A stretch of DNA of 63,942 bases, filler included, from Cercozoa sp. M6MM (Eukaryota > Protista > Endomyxa: Ascetosporea): NCBI GenBank assembly GCA_040357565.1. It is 12 parts of 12 records of this genome, joined end to end, with 100 filler letters (N's around TTAATTAATTAA, not from the genome) between each part and the next. Parts side by side here need not be neighbours in the genome. Positions count along the whole stretch, not along the records: positions 28,188 to 39,118 come from JBDODJ010000425.1; 11 more parts are not named here. One strand, given 5' to 3'. The position numbers were made by a program, and so were the translations under genes. The notes below the pieces were generated by a model. The model was not told the origin of the DNA. It made no database searches and saw only the letters and a list, made by a program, of their open reading frames with translations. The first letter of the stretch is position 1, and each line of letters opens with the position of its first letter. Positions 28,750 to 39,218 of this stretch are shown in pieces.

Positions 28750-30932
28750 TTGCGCGGCCTGTTGATCGATTCACACAGAAATTGGATTGCAATTCACACT
28801 GCTACACGATTTGCACAAAGCAAGGAAGTACGGATTTAAGTGTGACAGCACGCGTTCAAGCAAACCGGCTGCACTAGATGAAAAAAGCTAAGAGATCATC
28901 AAAGTAGAGTCGTGTACCAAAGGTCGCGCAACTGTCGGCGTTGTCAACAACAGCAAGATGCTGAAGTATCTGCTTCAAAGCTGCACAGATCGCATCAATT
29001 TGTTTGCTGTCTGTTCTGCAGTCGGCTTCAATTTGGGCGCACAAGGCACCAATCAGGACACTCAGTGCTGCACGAGCGCGAGCTACTCGCAAAACCTCTT
29101 TTAAATACCCCAAAGAACGTCCAAAGCAGGTTTACGTAAGGAATCTGCATCCGCGCGGAGACGTTTTTCGCCCGTTCGACTAGGTTGAGCATATGCAACG
29201 AGCGAATTGCAATCTTCTACACTCACCGAAGACGCAGCAAAGTAGGGAAAATCTGGATTGCGTGACAGAGCAGCTGCAAGCTGCTTATCGCGTGCTAGGT
29301 TCGAAACTTCAAGCGACGGCATTTCCTGCAAAGCTCCCGGTAGCGCAAACTTTTACAGACACAATGCATGGAAGACACAACGTACGCCAAGCAAACGCAG
29401 CGCTCGCAAGCTCAAAATCGAATTTCGTCGCGTCCAGTTTTTTGCTAATACCGATTTTTTTGCGATTTAAAAGAACAAAAAGAACAAGGGAAACAAGAAA
29501 AATCTACGAATGTCGCCGAAAACGCTTGAATCGACGATTTTCGACAACAATCGTTGCGTCTGTTCCTTTGTTCGAGCATCTGCAAAAACGCGCGATTTCG
29601 CAGGGTTGAAAAAAAGAAGAAACCGAAAGAGCACACCAGCGAGAAGAGCACTGAAAACGCAGTGTGCGACAGCACCACACAACACTGTCTCCGACGCCAT
29701 CGCTGCAAACTCAATTCACAACTTCAGTTATCCCAAAAACAAAGCGAAAGAAGCACACCGAGAAGAAGAGCCTGCAGAGTTTGCGGACGAAAAGGTGACT
29801 GCAGAAACGACTGCGTCGCCTGTAGCGTGAGTTCTTTCGAAGCAGGGGCATTTTTCATCACTGCTCATTTTCCACAATTGTTCAGACTTTGCAAACTAAA
29901 CTGCAAAGAGCAAAACAGTACGCAAAGGCACGAGTGTGAAATCTTGTCGAAGCAAGCACAGGCGCAGTGCAGCGGCGCATCCGCGCGGAGCCGACTGGGC
30001 CGAGGCGGCAAAGTGCAAACAGCTTTCGCGAAACACACGAAGAGTTCTCTGCGAGAGTTCTTGAAACGTCGGGTCGTTGCGTCGAGTCTCAGCGACACTG
30101 GCAACGTCGACAACTTTCTGCAGCAGCGTTTCTCGCGAGTTCTCGTCGGAACTGCCCAGGAACAGCAAGGTTCCGCGAACGCTCTTTGCGAAAACTGAAG
30201 TGTCTTCCAGTTCCAAATCGCGTTTCTGTTGAAATAGAGACACCTTAAAAAGTTGAGTTTTTAAGGCTTAGCACATCCGACCTCGAGAACGTTCTTTTTC
30301 GACACGAGAGCACTGAACAGAATCGTCAGTGTCGTGCAGGTCATGGCATCGTTCGAGTCGAGTTTTTTCCGTCGCGCCTGTAGCCATTGACTGCAAACCG
30401 AAACCACGACTTTGCAGAGTGCTCGAAAGGCGTCTTCTGTTTGACTGCACACGTCAAGGGGTCAATACAATACACACTTATCACAGCACAAAGCGACATA
30501 CGGACAGACGCAGAAGATCGATTTTATCGCAAGTCTCAAAACCATCAGGTCACTGTCGCGTCCATGCGGAAGGTTTTGTTTTGAGACCGCGCGGATGACT
30601 TGAGTCAGCTCTCGTACAGTCCTAACAAAATACAACTTAAACAAAATACAACTTAAACCACACCGATCGAGATGACAATTATTGTACAATAATCCGACAA
30701 CCACGGTGCGCCAGAACTTTAGAAGCTTCGCCCGACGTGTCTCTTGTTCCTTTAAACAATCTTGCAGAATTAACGGCAGCAGCTTCGAGTTCAGAAAGCT
30801 CCCGGCGCCGTCCTGCGACTTGAGCGACACGGCCGAGCGCATCACCTCCTCAAGATGCACATCCGAGTCTAGCACCTGGGCTAGCGCATCGGCAGGCAAC
30901 TCAAAGCACAGACTTTTGGCTGTTTCTGACAT
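28750..30932 (-). CDS. Multi-exon helical hypothetical protein
   Basis: Start MSETAKSLCFELPADALAQV and several leucine-rich exons. No family recognised; the 3' end is approximate. Confidence 0.55.
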
Positions 30933-31078
30933 TCCCTACTCTAACTGTCGTCGGAGGGGCACCTAATTTCGTGTTTTTTGCTGACTTTCCACCAAAAAAA
31001 GCGGGATTTCTGCCTACTCGCATTGGCAGCAAATAATGTCATTTCGCACGGAATTAGACTGTATTTTCCGTTGGATAG

Positions 31079-32090
31079 ATGGAGCAACCCGAGGAAAACG
31101 TGCAAGCCGCAAAAGGTGTGTTTTCTGTTTGGTCTGACGAAAAGTGCACCGTCAGTTGCGTGTTTCTGTGTTTTGGAGGTGTCTTGCGTCGAGCGATGCT
31201 GCGAAGGCGACTGCGAAATCGACGCAAACAGCAAGAGCAACAAGGAATTCTAGTCGTACGTTATCTCGCGGAGTTTTCACCAGTAGTCAAAGTGTCTCAG
31301 TAGCCATTCGTTCCGTCACCTGTCTCGATCGCGCCTCAAGTTGCCGATGTCTTTGTTAGGAGGTACCCTCCCTTTAGGAGAACTCTAGCCTCAAAGTACT
31401 GTGGGTTGTGCTGTAGCTTCGAAGAGAATTCGGAAGAGTTAGTGATCGCGGATTTCGGATGCGGAGATGCTCAGTTTTTGAGTGCCCTTCAAAAGTACTG
31501 TTCGCTTTGCTTTTTAGGCTGCTTGTGGTTGACTGTTTCTTGCTTTAAGCGAGCTCAAGTTGAGACATCTCAGCATCAATTGCGTCGGATTTGACGTGGA
31601 TCCCGTCTGTATCGAAAAGGCGCGTGAAACTGGTAGAAAGTCAAGTTTAACTGCAACTGGGCGTGTTTCTGTTCTTTAAACAGTTTGTCGATCATTCTTT
31701 TGCATTTTAGGCCTGGCATGCGAGGTTTTGGACATGTGTGACACGAGCGGTGTTGTAGAGTTTTGCAGGCAGCACAAAGTCTCTGCAATTTTTTGTTTCC
31801 TGCTGCCGCGTTTGGCGCAGAGTCTGCGCGAAATTCTGCGGAATTTGCCAGCTATTTCTGTCATTGTGTCGCTGCAGTTCGACTTGCAGCTGGAGGTACG
31901 TGTACACAGAGCTGTACGGTCTGGTTGTTTAGCTGTGCTCAGTACAGTGCGACTGGAGCCGAACAGAAAGCGCTATCGACTCAACATTGTCACCACTCTA
32001 CGTGTACATACGACGTGGCGACTCGCCGTAGCTATTGCTACACCGGCAAGGCTACTGAAGCCAAGCAAGGACAGTAAACTCAGTAAACCC
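31079..32090 (+). CDS. SAM-dependent methyltransferase, FAM173/ATPSCKMT-like
   Basis: PFVPSP, VIADFGCGDA, CVGFDVDP, AIFCFLLP, IVSLQFDL. The end is approximate. Confidence 0.7.
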
Positions 32091-32156
32091 CTTGACAATC
32101 GAATTGGAACAGTGCTGACTAGTACTGAAAGGTACAGTACCTCGCGCCTTACGTCA

Positions 32157-34686
32157 CTACTTTAGTCGCTCGCTGTAAAAACACCGACAGCTGGTTTGTC
32201 GCGTCGGTAAGTCGGAACTCATCTGCTTCGTTCGGGTCAGACTCGGAACTTGAACTGGTTTCCGTCTCCGACTCGGAACGTACTCGGTTCTCATGATCAA
32301 TCTTTGGAGATTACAGCTCGCCACCTTGAGCTTGAGCATTCGGCGAGCTTGCACGCGGATGAATGCGTTCCATGAGAGACTCACGGAACTCTGCGTCATT
32401 GCTAGCCATTTGGAGTAAGTCAGCACGCACGTTTTGTAGCATTCCGTCGACTAAAAAGGACCCATGCACTTACTGTAGAACGACCCACCATACAGGTCAA
32501 GAATAGCTGATTACGGTCAGAGTCTGGAAAGAATCCGACAAGGTAGTTCGAGACATCGCGTGGCACACGCGACTGATGTTGCTGGCTGTCCTCAATGAAT
32601 TCGCACATGTGAACATTTGCTTTCTTTCGCACCTGAACACAGTACACAAGAACGGCAACCCCCTCAGCAATCGGCACGAGTGCTGTGCACCGGCAGTTTT
32701 TATTAAAGGCAAGAAATTTACCTGGCACCCAAAGTCCTTCAATAACTGATATTCAAAATAATTCGGAGGCGCAGCAAACCAGTCGCCTGTTTATTTAAGC
32801 ATAGACGATAAATGGACATGTCCAGTACCCTACAGGCAGTTTATGCAGTCTGCACCAAAAACGTGGTGTGCACCGTCGACAAATGCCAGGACGATAGCCT
32901 CGACTGCGAGCTCGATTCGTGTGTTCTCGGGCAGCGACGTTTCAGACCGTGCTTTCTTCAAGTAGTCAACAGCAAACATGAGTATCGGGCGTTTGAACAA
33001 GCAACGCGGTCTGACGTAGAATTCCTTCGCTCTTCGCAGCAGTTTAACCTACCGGAAATATAGTACCACTATAAATTTAGTTAGTAAAGCTGGGTAAAGA
33101 AAGGTTAGAGTGAATAAATATGCAGATCACTCAGCAATTGTATACATTGAATCTTTAGTTGTTGATACATGCCGGTGTTCGATTTTGGAGCCGGTCGGGA
33201 AAGCAAGAAAAACGTCGCGGTGTCCACAATCGACCAGTTTCGTACCATTCTGAACTCAAAACAGGACAGTTCCAATGCTTTTCTTCAGTTTACTCTGTGA
33301 CAACTCCAAAGCAGAAGAAGATGTACATAAAGCTCGACCACACAATCGAAAAGTGCATCGTTGCAGTCGTGCGCGGCTTGGAGTGTCGCTTGAGTCAGCA
33401 AGTCTGTCGACACTTCGAATAGCTTGGCGTGCGCTCGTACAGTCTGCAAAGTGTCAAGCGAAGAAGGTCAAACTCTCCATTACACTTAATTTAGTCTGCT
33501 GCTTACAGCAAGCTTGCACTCCCAATCGATTTCGTCCGTGAAGAATTCGCCGCCGAAGCGCTTCTTTGGACGAATATCGATCACTTTGGACACTACACTC
33601 GGTCAATGTAAGATGAAACTGACTGTCAATTATACAGCTTGGAGTGTGTCTATATTCTCTGTACCTGCCTGGCTGAATAAACGAACTTTCTCGGGCGACT
33701 TCGCACAGACGCGTGTGTGATACTCAGACAGCAGCAAGCGCACTGCCGTGTCGGAATAAAGTACTATCTGACGCAACCTTCTCGCCAGCGGTTGATCCGA
33801 GAAGACCTAATGGAGTTAAAAACAACTTGGCATATTAAAAAGCTACAGTAAAACTTACATACAGCTGGAACTGCACAGTACTTTGATGAAGAGATACGGT
33901 ACAAACTGTACGTACGTCGTCATCAGCCCGAGCGCTGGCGTATCGACGTAGGTCACTTGAAGGGTCAGCCGCTCATCGAAGCTCACCTCGTCTGCTAGCC
34001 AACTGTCTCAAGTTCATCAAAGATAGCAGTTTTACAACTGAATATGGTTCGCTTTAGCTTGCAGTCTCACACTCAACTGCAGGTTTGTACCGATCAGTCA
34101 ATTCAGCAAATTTGCCACTTCGCATGAGCTTGTCGGCCTCCTGGATGTCGGTCAATCAAGCAGTCAATATTGATATTCGTACAAGTACATTCATGTTGTA
34201 CACTGTGCGGTACAGTACCTCACAAAGGACTTGATCTTCTTCGTAGTCAGACCAGTCGACGTCGGATCCACAGCGGTAAAGTGCTTCATGATAAAGATCG
34301 AACCGCAACGACTCCGACATTACTGCAACCCGAGTCACTCGTTTGTCTTGTAGCAAGTTTGTCTTGTAGCAAGTTTGGCCACCAAAGTAGTTTGTCTTGT
34401 CGCAAGTTGCGGAAAGCCGAAAGCTCGAAATCGGAGACTCGCGAGCCGAACGGATTAAACTGCCGCATTTCCTCTGCAGACGTCTCCTGGTCTCTAAATG
34501 AGTCTAGAGATAGCTGATGTGCTAAATACTGCATAAGTGCACTCCATACAGTCTGGGAGCGCGCCGCGCCCTTTTTCGTGGTGGTCTTTCGGCACTAAAT
34601 TCTGTACATCAGAAGGTCCGAGATAGGTACTGAATGTTCCTTTTTGACTGCGTGCTTGCACATTTTTTGTGTCGCGCGTCCCTCAT
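32157..34686 (-). CDS. Multi-exon hypothetical protein, possibly frameshifted (pseudogene?)
   Basis: Coding-like exons throughout. A 16-bp tandem duplication at 34341-34372 switches the frame. Confidence 0.45.
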
Positions 34687-34870
34687 GTTTCCGCGCGGAC
34701 TAGACAGGTACCATAAATTTACTTTCTACACACCATTGTGCTGACCCGGGCTGCTTTGCTAAAGGCTCGCCGACGACGACCGATTGCAATTGAGGAACAC
34801 GACCGGATACCAACATATCGTATGAACTGGTTTAGGGAAATACGATAGCATACGATAGTTGGTTTCTTAG

Positions 34871-37429
34871 GGATATTGTCGGATCTGTTTCCTGCACAGA
34901 TTGACTGTTTAGTGTGTCTAACATGTTGCCTGTTAAGAATTTAACTCATTCTAGTACTTTTAAGACGGGCTCAGAATGTAGGCCTGAGCATTTTTCTGTT
35001 TTATCTTGCGATTTTTCAGTTTTTTTGCCTGAGAAAGTACCCTTTTTTGTCATGTCTACGCGTTGTTTACAGCAGTTGGACGACTTTTTCGACCGTTTTA
35101 CGTTCGACAGAGCCTTTCCGAACGATGGGTCGTTATTTCCTTTCGTGTTAGAGCGTTTTTTCGGTCCAAATGCAGGACGGTGGCCCACCTGCTGCCGCGG
35201 TCACTCGAAAAACAACATGCGAGTGCGAGTGAAGCTGTTGAATGGTAATTAACAAACGCGTGTATGGGTGTTGGTGTGTATTGTTCTTGCTTGTGCTTGG
35301 GGCTGTGTGTTTAGCTTACTCGCGTACTTAAAATGTGCTCTTTGATGCTTGTTTAGAGAGTGCAGGGAGAGCACATGCTCATCACAGCGCGAGTTCTTCC
35401 AGTACCAAGCTCGGAACACGCTGGTTCCATCCGTCACTGCAAGACTTTGTGGCGCTTGGAAAACTCACGACGTTCAAGAAGTTTTTGAAGAAAAAGCAAC
35501 AATTTGCTGAGTCGATGTCGACAGTGTTGCTGCCCCAAAGTGCTGTCTTTCGTGTTGCTTTTGTTTGTGACAAGTGCAAACGGTATTTAATGCATTTGCC
35601 TTGACATTGTCGTCGAATAGTATGCATGTCTGCGATAGAGAAAAGCAGCTGCGTGATTGTGGCATTCCGAACTTCTTCGCTCCCCACCGCAAGCAACTCC
35701 ACGAAGTACTCCGAGTTGTCCAGTGCGTCTGCCGAAAGCGCCGTGTGAGTGAAATTCAAGACGAAACTGGGCTCGGCAAAGACTTCATTCGCAGCGTCAA
35801 GAAGCACGTGTTTCAAGTGATGTACATGGCAGAAGTGGCACGCGAGAAGCAAAAGAAAATGAGTGGTCTCACCGAGGTATAGGATACCACACTTTAGCTT
35901 TCATTCAGTACTTACATGCGCAACCAGGTATTACTTTACATTTAGGTTGATGAGATGGGTGTGGGGCAGCCAAAGTTTCACATCGGTCACCGTGGTCGCC
36001 TGGCTGGAACAATGTGGGTACTCACTTTCACGGAAGTGTCGGAGGTACGCACATGCCCCAGTCTTTTCCGCGTTTGCATATACGCGATGTCATGTTGTTG
36101 CACAGACGACGCGCGACAACGGGACGAAAAAACGCGAGGTCGAAGAAGTTCGCTGGACGCTTGTGCCAAAGCGCGACAGTGACACGATTGGACGGCATGT
36201 GCGCCAGCACATTGAACCCAAAACCATCATACAGGTATCGATTAAACACCGATTTGTATTGTAAGTTGTAGTTTGTTTGCTAGACCGACAAATGGCGAGC
36301 CTACTCCGAGTCGACGTCTCTTGTTGGCATGCAGCATTACCAGTGCAACCACTCCTCGATCAGGTACAGCATATTCTACTAGGTCAACAACATCTTGCCG
36401 TTGTAAATTTATCTGGGGGTTCGATTTATGGCAGCACATTTTCGCGAACTGCCGCGGATGGCCAACTGGTGCACATCAACAGCGCTGAGGGTATGCACAG
36501 CGTCGGCAAGCGATACTCAAGACGGATGAACGCACTACAGTCCGCCCGCACGCCTTCTGATGTTTGCTTGGCAATCAAGGCACTCCAGTGGTAAGTTTAC
36601 TGTACCATCATGAAATGTAGAGCCTGTTCAAAAAGCGTGTTTCCGCTTCTGGTAGGTTCATGAACTGCATCAAAATGGAAGCAAAGCAGCGCTGGTCTCG
36701 CTTGCTGGACGCGATGTGGAGTATGGAGGTGAAGACATCAATGAGAATTACACCGACAGTGACAAAGAGTGGATGCTGTACTACGAGGAGCGCATTCAAC
36801 AAGCAAAGCTTGAACGCTCCAGAAACAACAGTGACGCTGTAATTTGCTGTATTTCAAGGATACTGTTGTTTCATCTATCGTGCACTGGAAGGCCGAACCG
36901 ACGAGCAATCTTCAAGAACAAGTCGAGCGAAGCTTGGCGCGAGCCGTCGAAGGCCCTGAAGATGAAGCAGCTCTGTTGAGTGACGTGTCACATGAGGACG
37001 AGACCAACGAGTTTGGTGATGAAACTTCTTGCACTGACTCGAGTGATGGCGATGAAAGCCCGTGTCTTCATCGACCTTCACGTCAAGTCGCACGACAGGG
37101 GCTGGTGCAGCGTCGCCTAGATGATGCTGCGATGCGCATGGAGGATGACGATTATTTTAACGCACGTGTTAGTGGTTAAATGTGTTCGCTATATGAGAAT
37201 TCATCCAAAAACTTCGCAAAAAAGAAAAAAAAAACGATATTTCGAGTCGGAATTTTACTTGATAAATTCCCATGTTGAGAATTATCAAGTCTGAAAAAAC
37301 TGGAAAATAAACCTCTCTAACGTCGACGGTGCCGCTTTAAATTGTGTTCAGAGAGTGTCTTGGACTAATGTTGGTGCGTATCTAACAGTTTTGGCTCGGT
37401 TTCTGCAGGAAACAGATCCGCCATTAACC
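34871..37429 (+). mobile_element. Complete Merlin (IS1595/ISXO2-related) DNA transposon, 2559 bp
   Basis: Left TIR GGATATTGTCGGATCTGTTTCCTGCA (34871-34896). Right TIR reverse complement GGTTAATGGCGGATCTGTTTCCTGCA (37404-37429). They match at 23/26. Perfect 9-bp TSD GTTTCTTAG at 34862-34870 and 37430-37438. The element encloses a DDE transposase. Confidence 0.93.
35052..37179 (+). CDS. Merlin/IS1595-family DDE transposase, 7-9 introns
   Basis: Exons 35052-35244, 35357-35582, 35621-35876, 35946-36044, 36106-36234, 36284-36363, 36435-36590 and 36656 onward. Motifs E|VDEMG, HRGR, WV, VPKRDSDT, IIQ|TDKWRAY, HYQCNHS, VHINSAEGMHS. The stop is at 36842, or at 37179 if two more introns are used. Confidence 0.88.
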
Positions 37430-37491
37430 GTTTCTTAGTGATACTAATGTAAGTTAGTACTACTGTAGTTAGGTCGAGACAGGTCGTTTTG

Positions 37492-39078
37492 CTAGTGGAG
37501 TAGCTGGAATGTGCAGATGGCAGCGAGAACAAGGAGCGCCGATGCACTCTGAGAACAAAGGTGATAAGCATAGAACGCCTCCTAGGTCCGACACTAACTT
37601 AAGTATACCACAGAAGCTGCCGAATCAACGACGTCCGGGGGACTGGTCGTTACCTACAGAGTACAGCAATTAGTAAATTTACAAGGAGGACCAATCAGGA
37701 CTGGCGAAAGGTAATAAAGCTACCGGCCGATTCAACAGCGTGCCGCACACAGATTCGGCCATCTCGAAGTACTCGGCTGGTACTTCGTCCTTGTACTTCG
37801 GGCACTCGAACGACGTGTCCAACAGAGTCATATCACCTGAGCAAGGAGGCGGGGGAGGGTAAAAGAACAACACGGTTGATACTTGGAGAATACCGTCGTA
37901 GGTATCGACACCAAGGTAGGCTGCCACCTTGCCCTTGGACTGCAAGGGAGCAGCTAGGTTACACGGGATAACTAGTGAAAGCACTCATACCAGGTACTTG
38001 GGCACAAACTCCACAGTCAGATCAAACTTCTGATATCTAAACAGAGGGCAAGAGTAACACGCGAGGTCCACGTGTGTGTGTGTGCGTGTGTGTGTGTGTG
38101 TGTGCGTGTGTGTGTGTGTGTGAGGGTGGGAGGGGGGTAAGTTAGAGGTTACTCGCTCGGGTAGAAGTAGGCAGCAGCACCGGCGTACAACTTAATTGTT
38201 TCCTGACCTAGAGAGTTACTCAGTTCATCCCCGACTCATAAGTCCCCACCGCCGAAAGAAAACATAAAACCACACCAGTGCGATAGTAGTCAGTGAAGCG
38301 TGTCATTGCAATACGATCCTACGGACCTAGCTGCTGCAAAGGATCAGAGTATGGCTCTGGGATTTGTACCTGAACGTATGTGCCTTTGGACTCGCATTGC
38401 GTGCCTGTCGTACCAAAGGTAAAAGAAGCACACTGCAGAACACAGGTAATTATACAGTAAATTAGTACCCACGAGATTGTACGTCATGTTGAAGGTAAAG
38501 TCAGGCTGTCCACATGCAAATATCAATACGCATTCCCTCTTTTGTATCTGCTATGTGTACCGTATCAGAAAGACGCAGATCGACGCGACTTATGCAGCAG
38601 AAAGTGCACTCCTCATCGATGCGCAACGTATCCTCGTCGCGTGTTCTGCATTGTCACATCCGTTTTGTTTTAAACCTGCCTACCCTCTACAACCTTTCAA
38701 CTATCGTACGAAAGCGACGACAATGTCACGCACAGCACCCGTCCAGTCGTTCGACAGCAAACTGTACAGGACGGTTCGATCGGTACAAACAGACCCGGAC
38801 CAGCACTCATAAGCAGCACAAGGTACCGCAGCAAATTGGCTGTTTGGTCTGCACTGGCGCTCTCGCGCAGCGGTTCGATCTGGGGGGTAACATTGGGGCT
38901 AAAGGTAGGGAGGAGAGGTAGTTTACCTTGCCGGAGGCACTCAGGCCACGCAGCGATTTCACGTTCTTCAGTCATACAGAGGGTGAAGGGGGTAAGGGTT
39001 GAAAAGGTAGAGTAGCTGCAAGGCTACATTGAACTTCTCGATGTACACCGAGTCGCTTCCGACCACGATCTCACTGTC
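37492..39078 (-). CDS. Multi-exon Cys-containing hypothetical protein with a hydrophobic C-terminus (possible GPI-anchored surface protein), 5'-truncated
   Basis: Short exons, for example LVIPCNLAAPLQSKGKVAAYLGVDTYDGILQ. The predicted end is ...SASALLVLAAICTFQLLH*. Confidence 0.45.
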
Positions 39079-39218
39079 ACACATGGGCGGGATAACAAGA
39101 AGGTAACAAGGGGGGGGGNNNNNNNNNNNNNNNNNNNNNNNNNNNNNNNNNNNNNNNNNNNNTTAATTAATTAANNNNNNNNNNNNNNNNNNNNNNNNNN
39201 NNNNNNNNNNNNNNNNNN

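Noticed and set aside
31250-31900. HEN1 small-RNA methyltransferase
   Set aside because: The apparent FSP motif is probably intronic and there is no E-x-x-E-H motif. PFVPSP/FLLP fits the FAM173-like family better.
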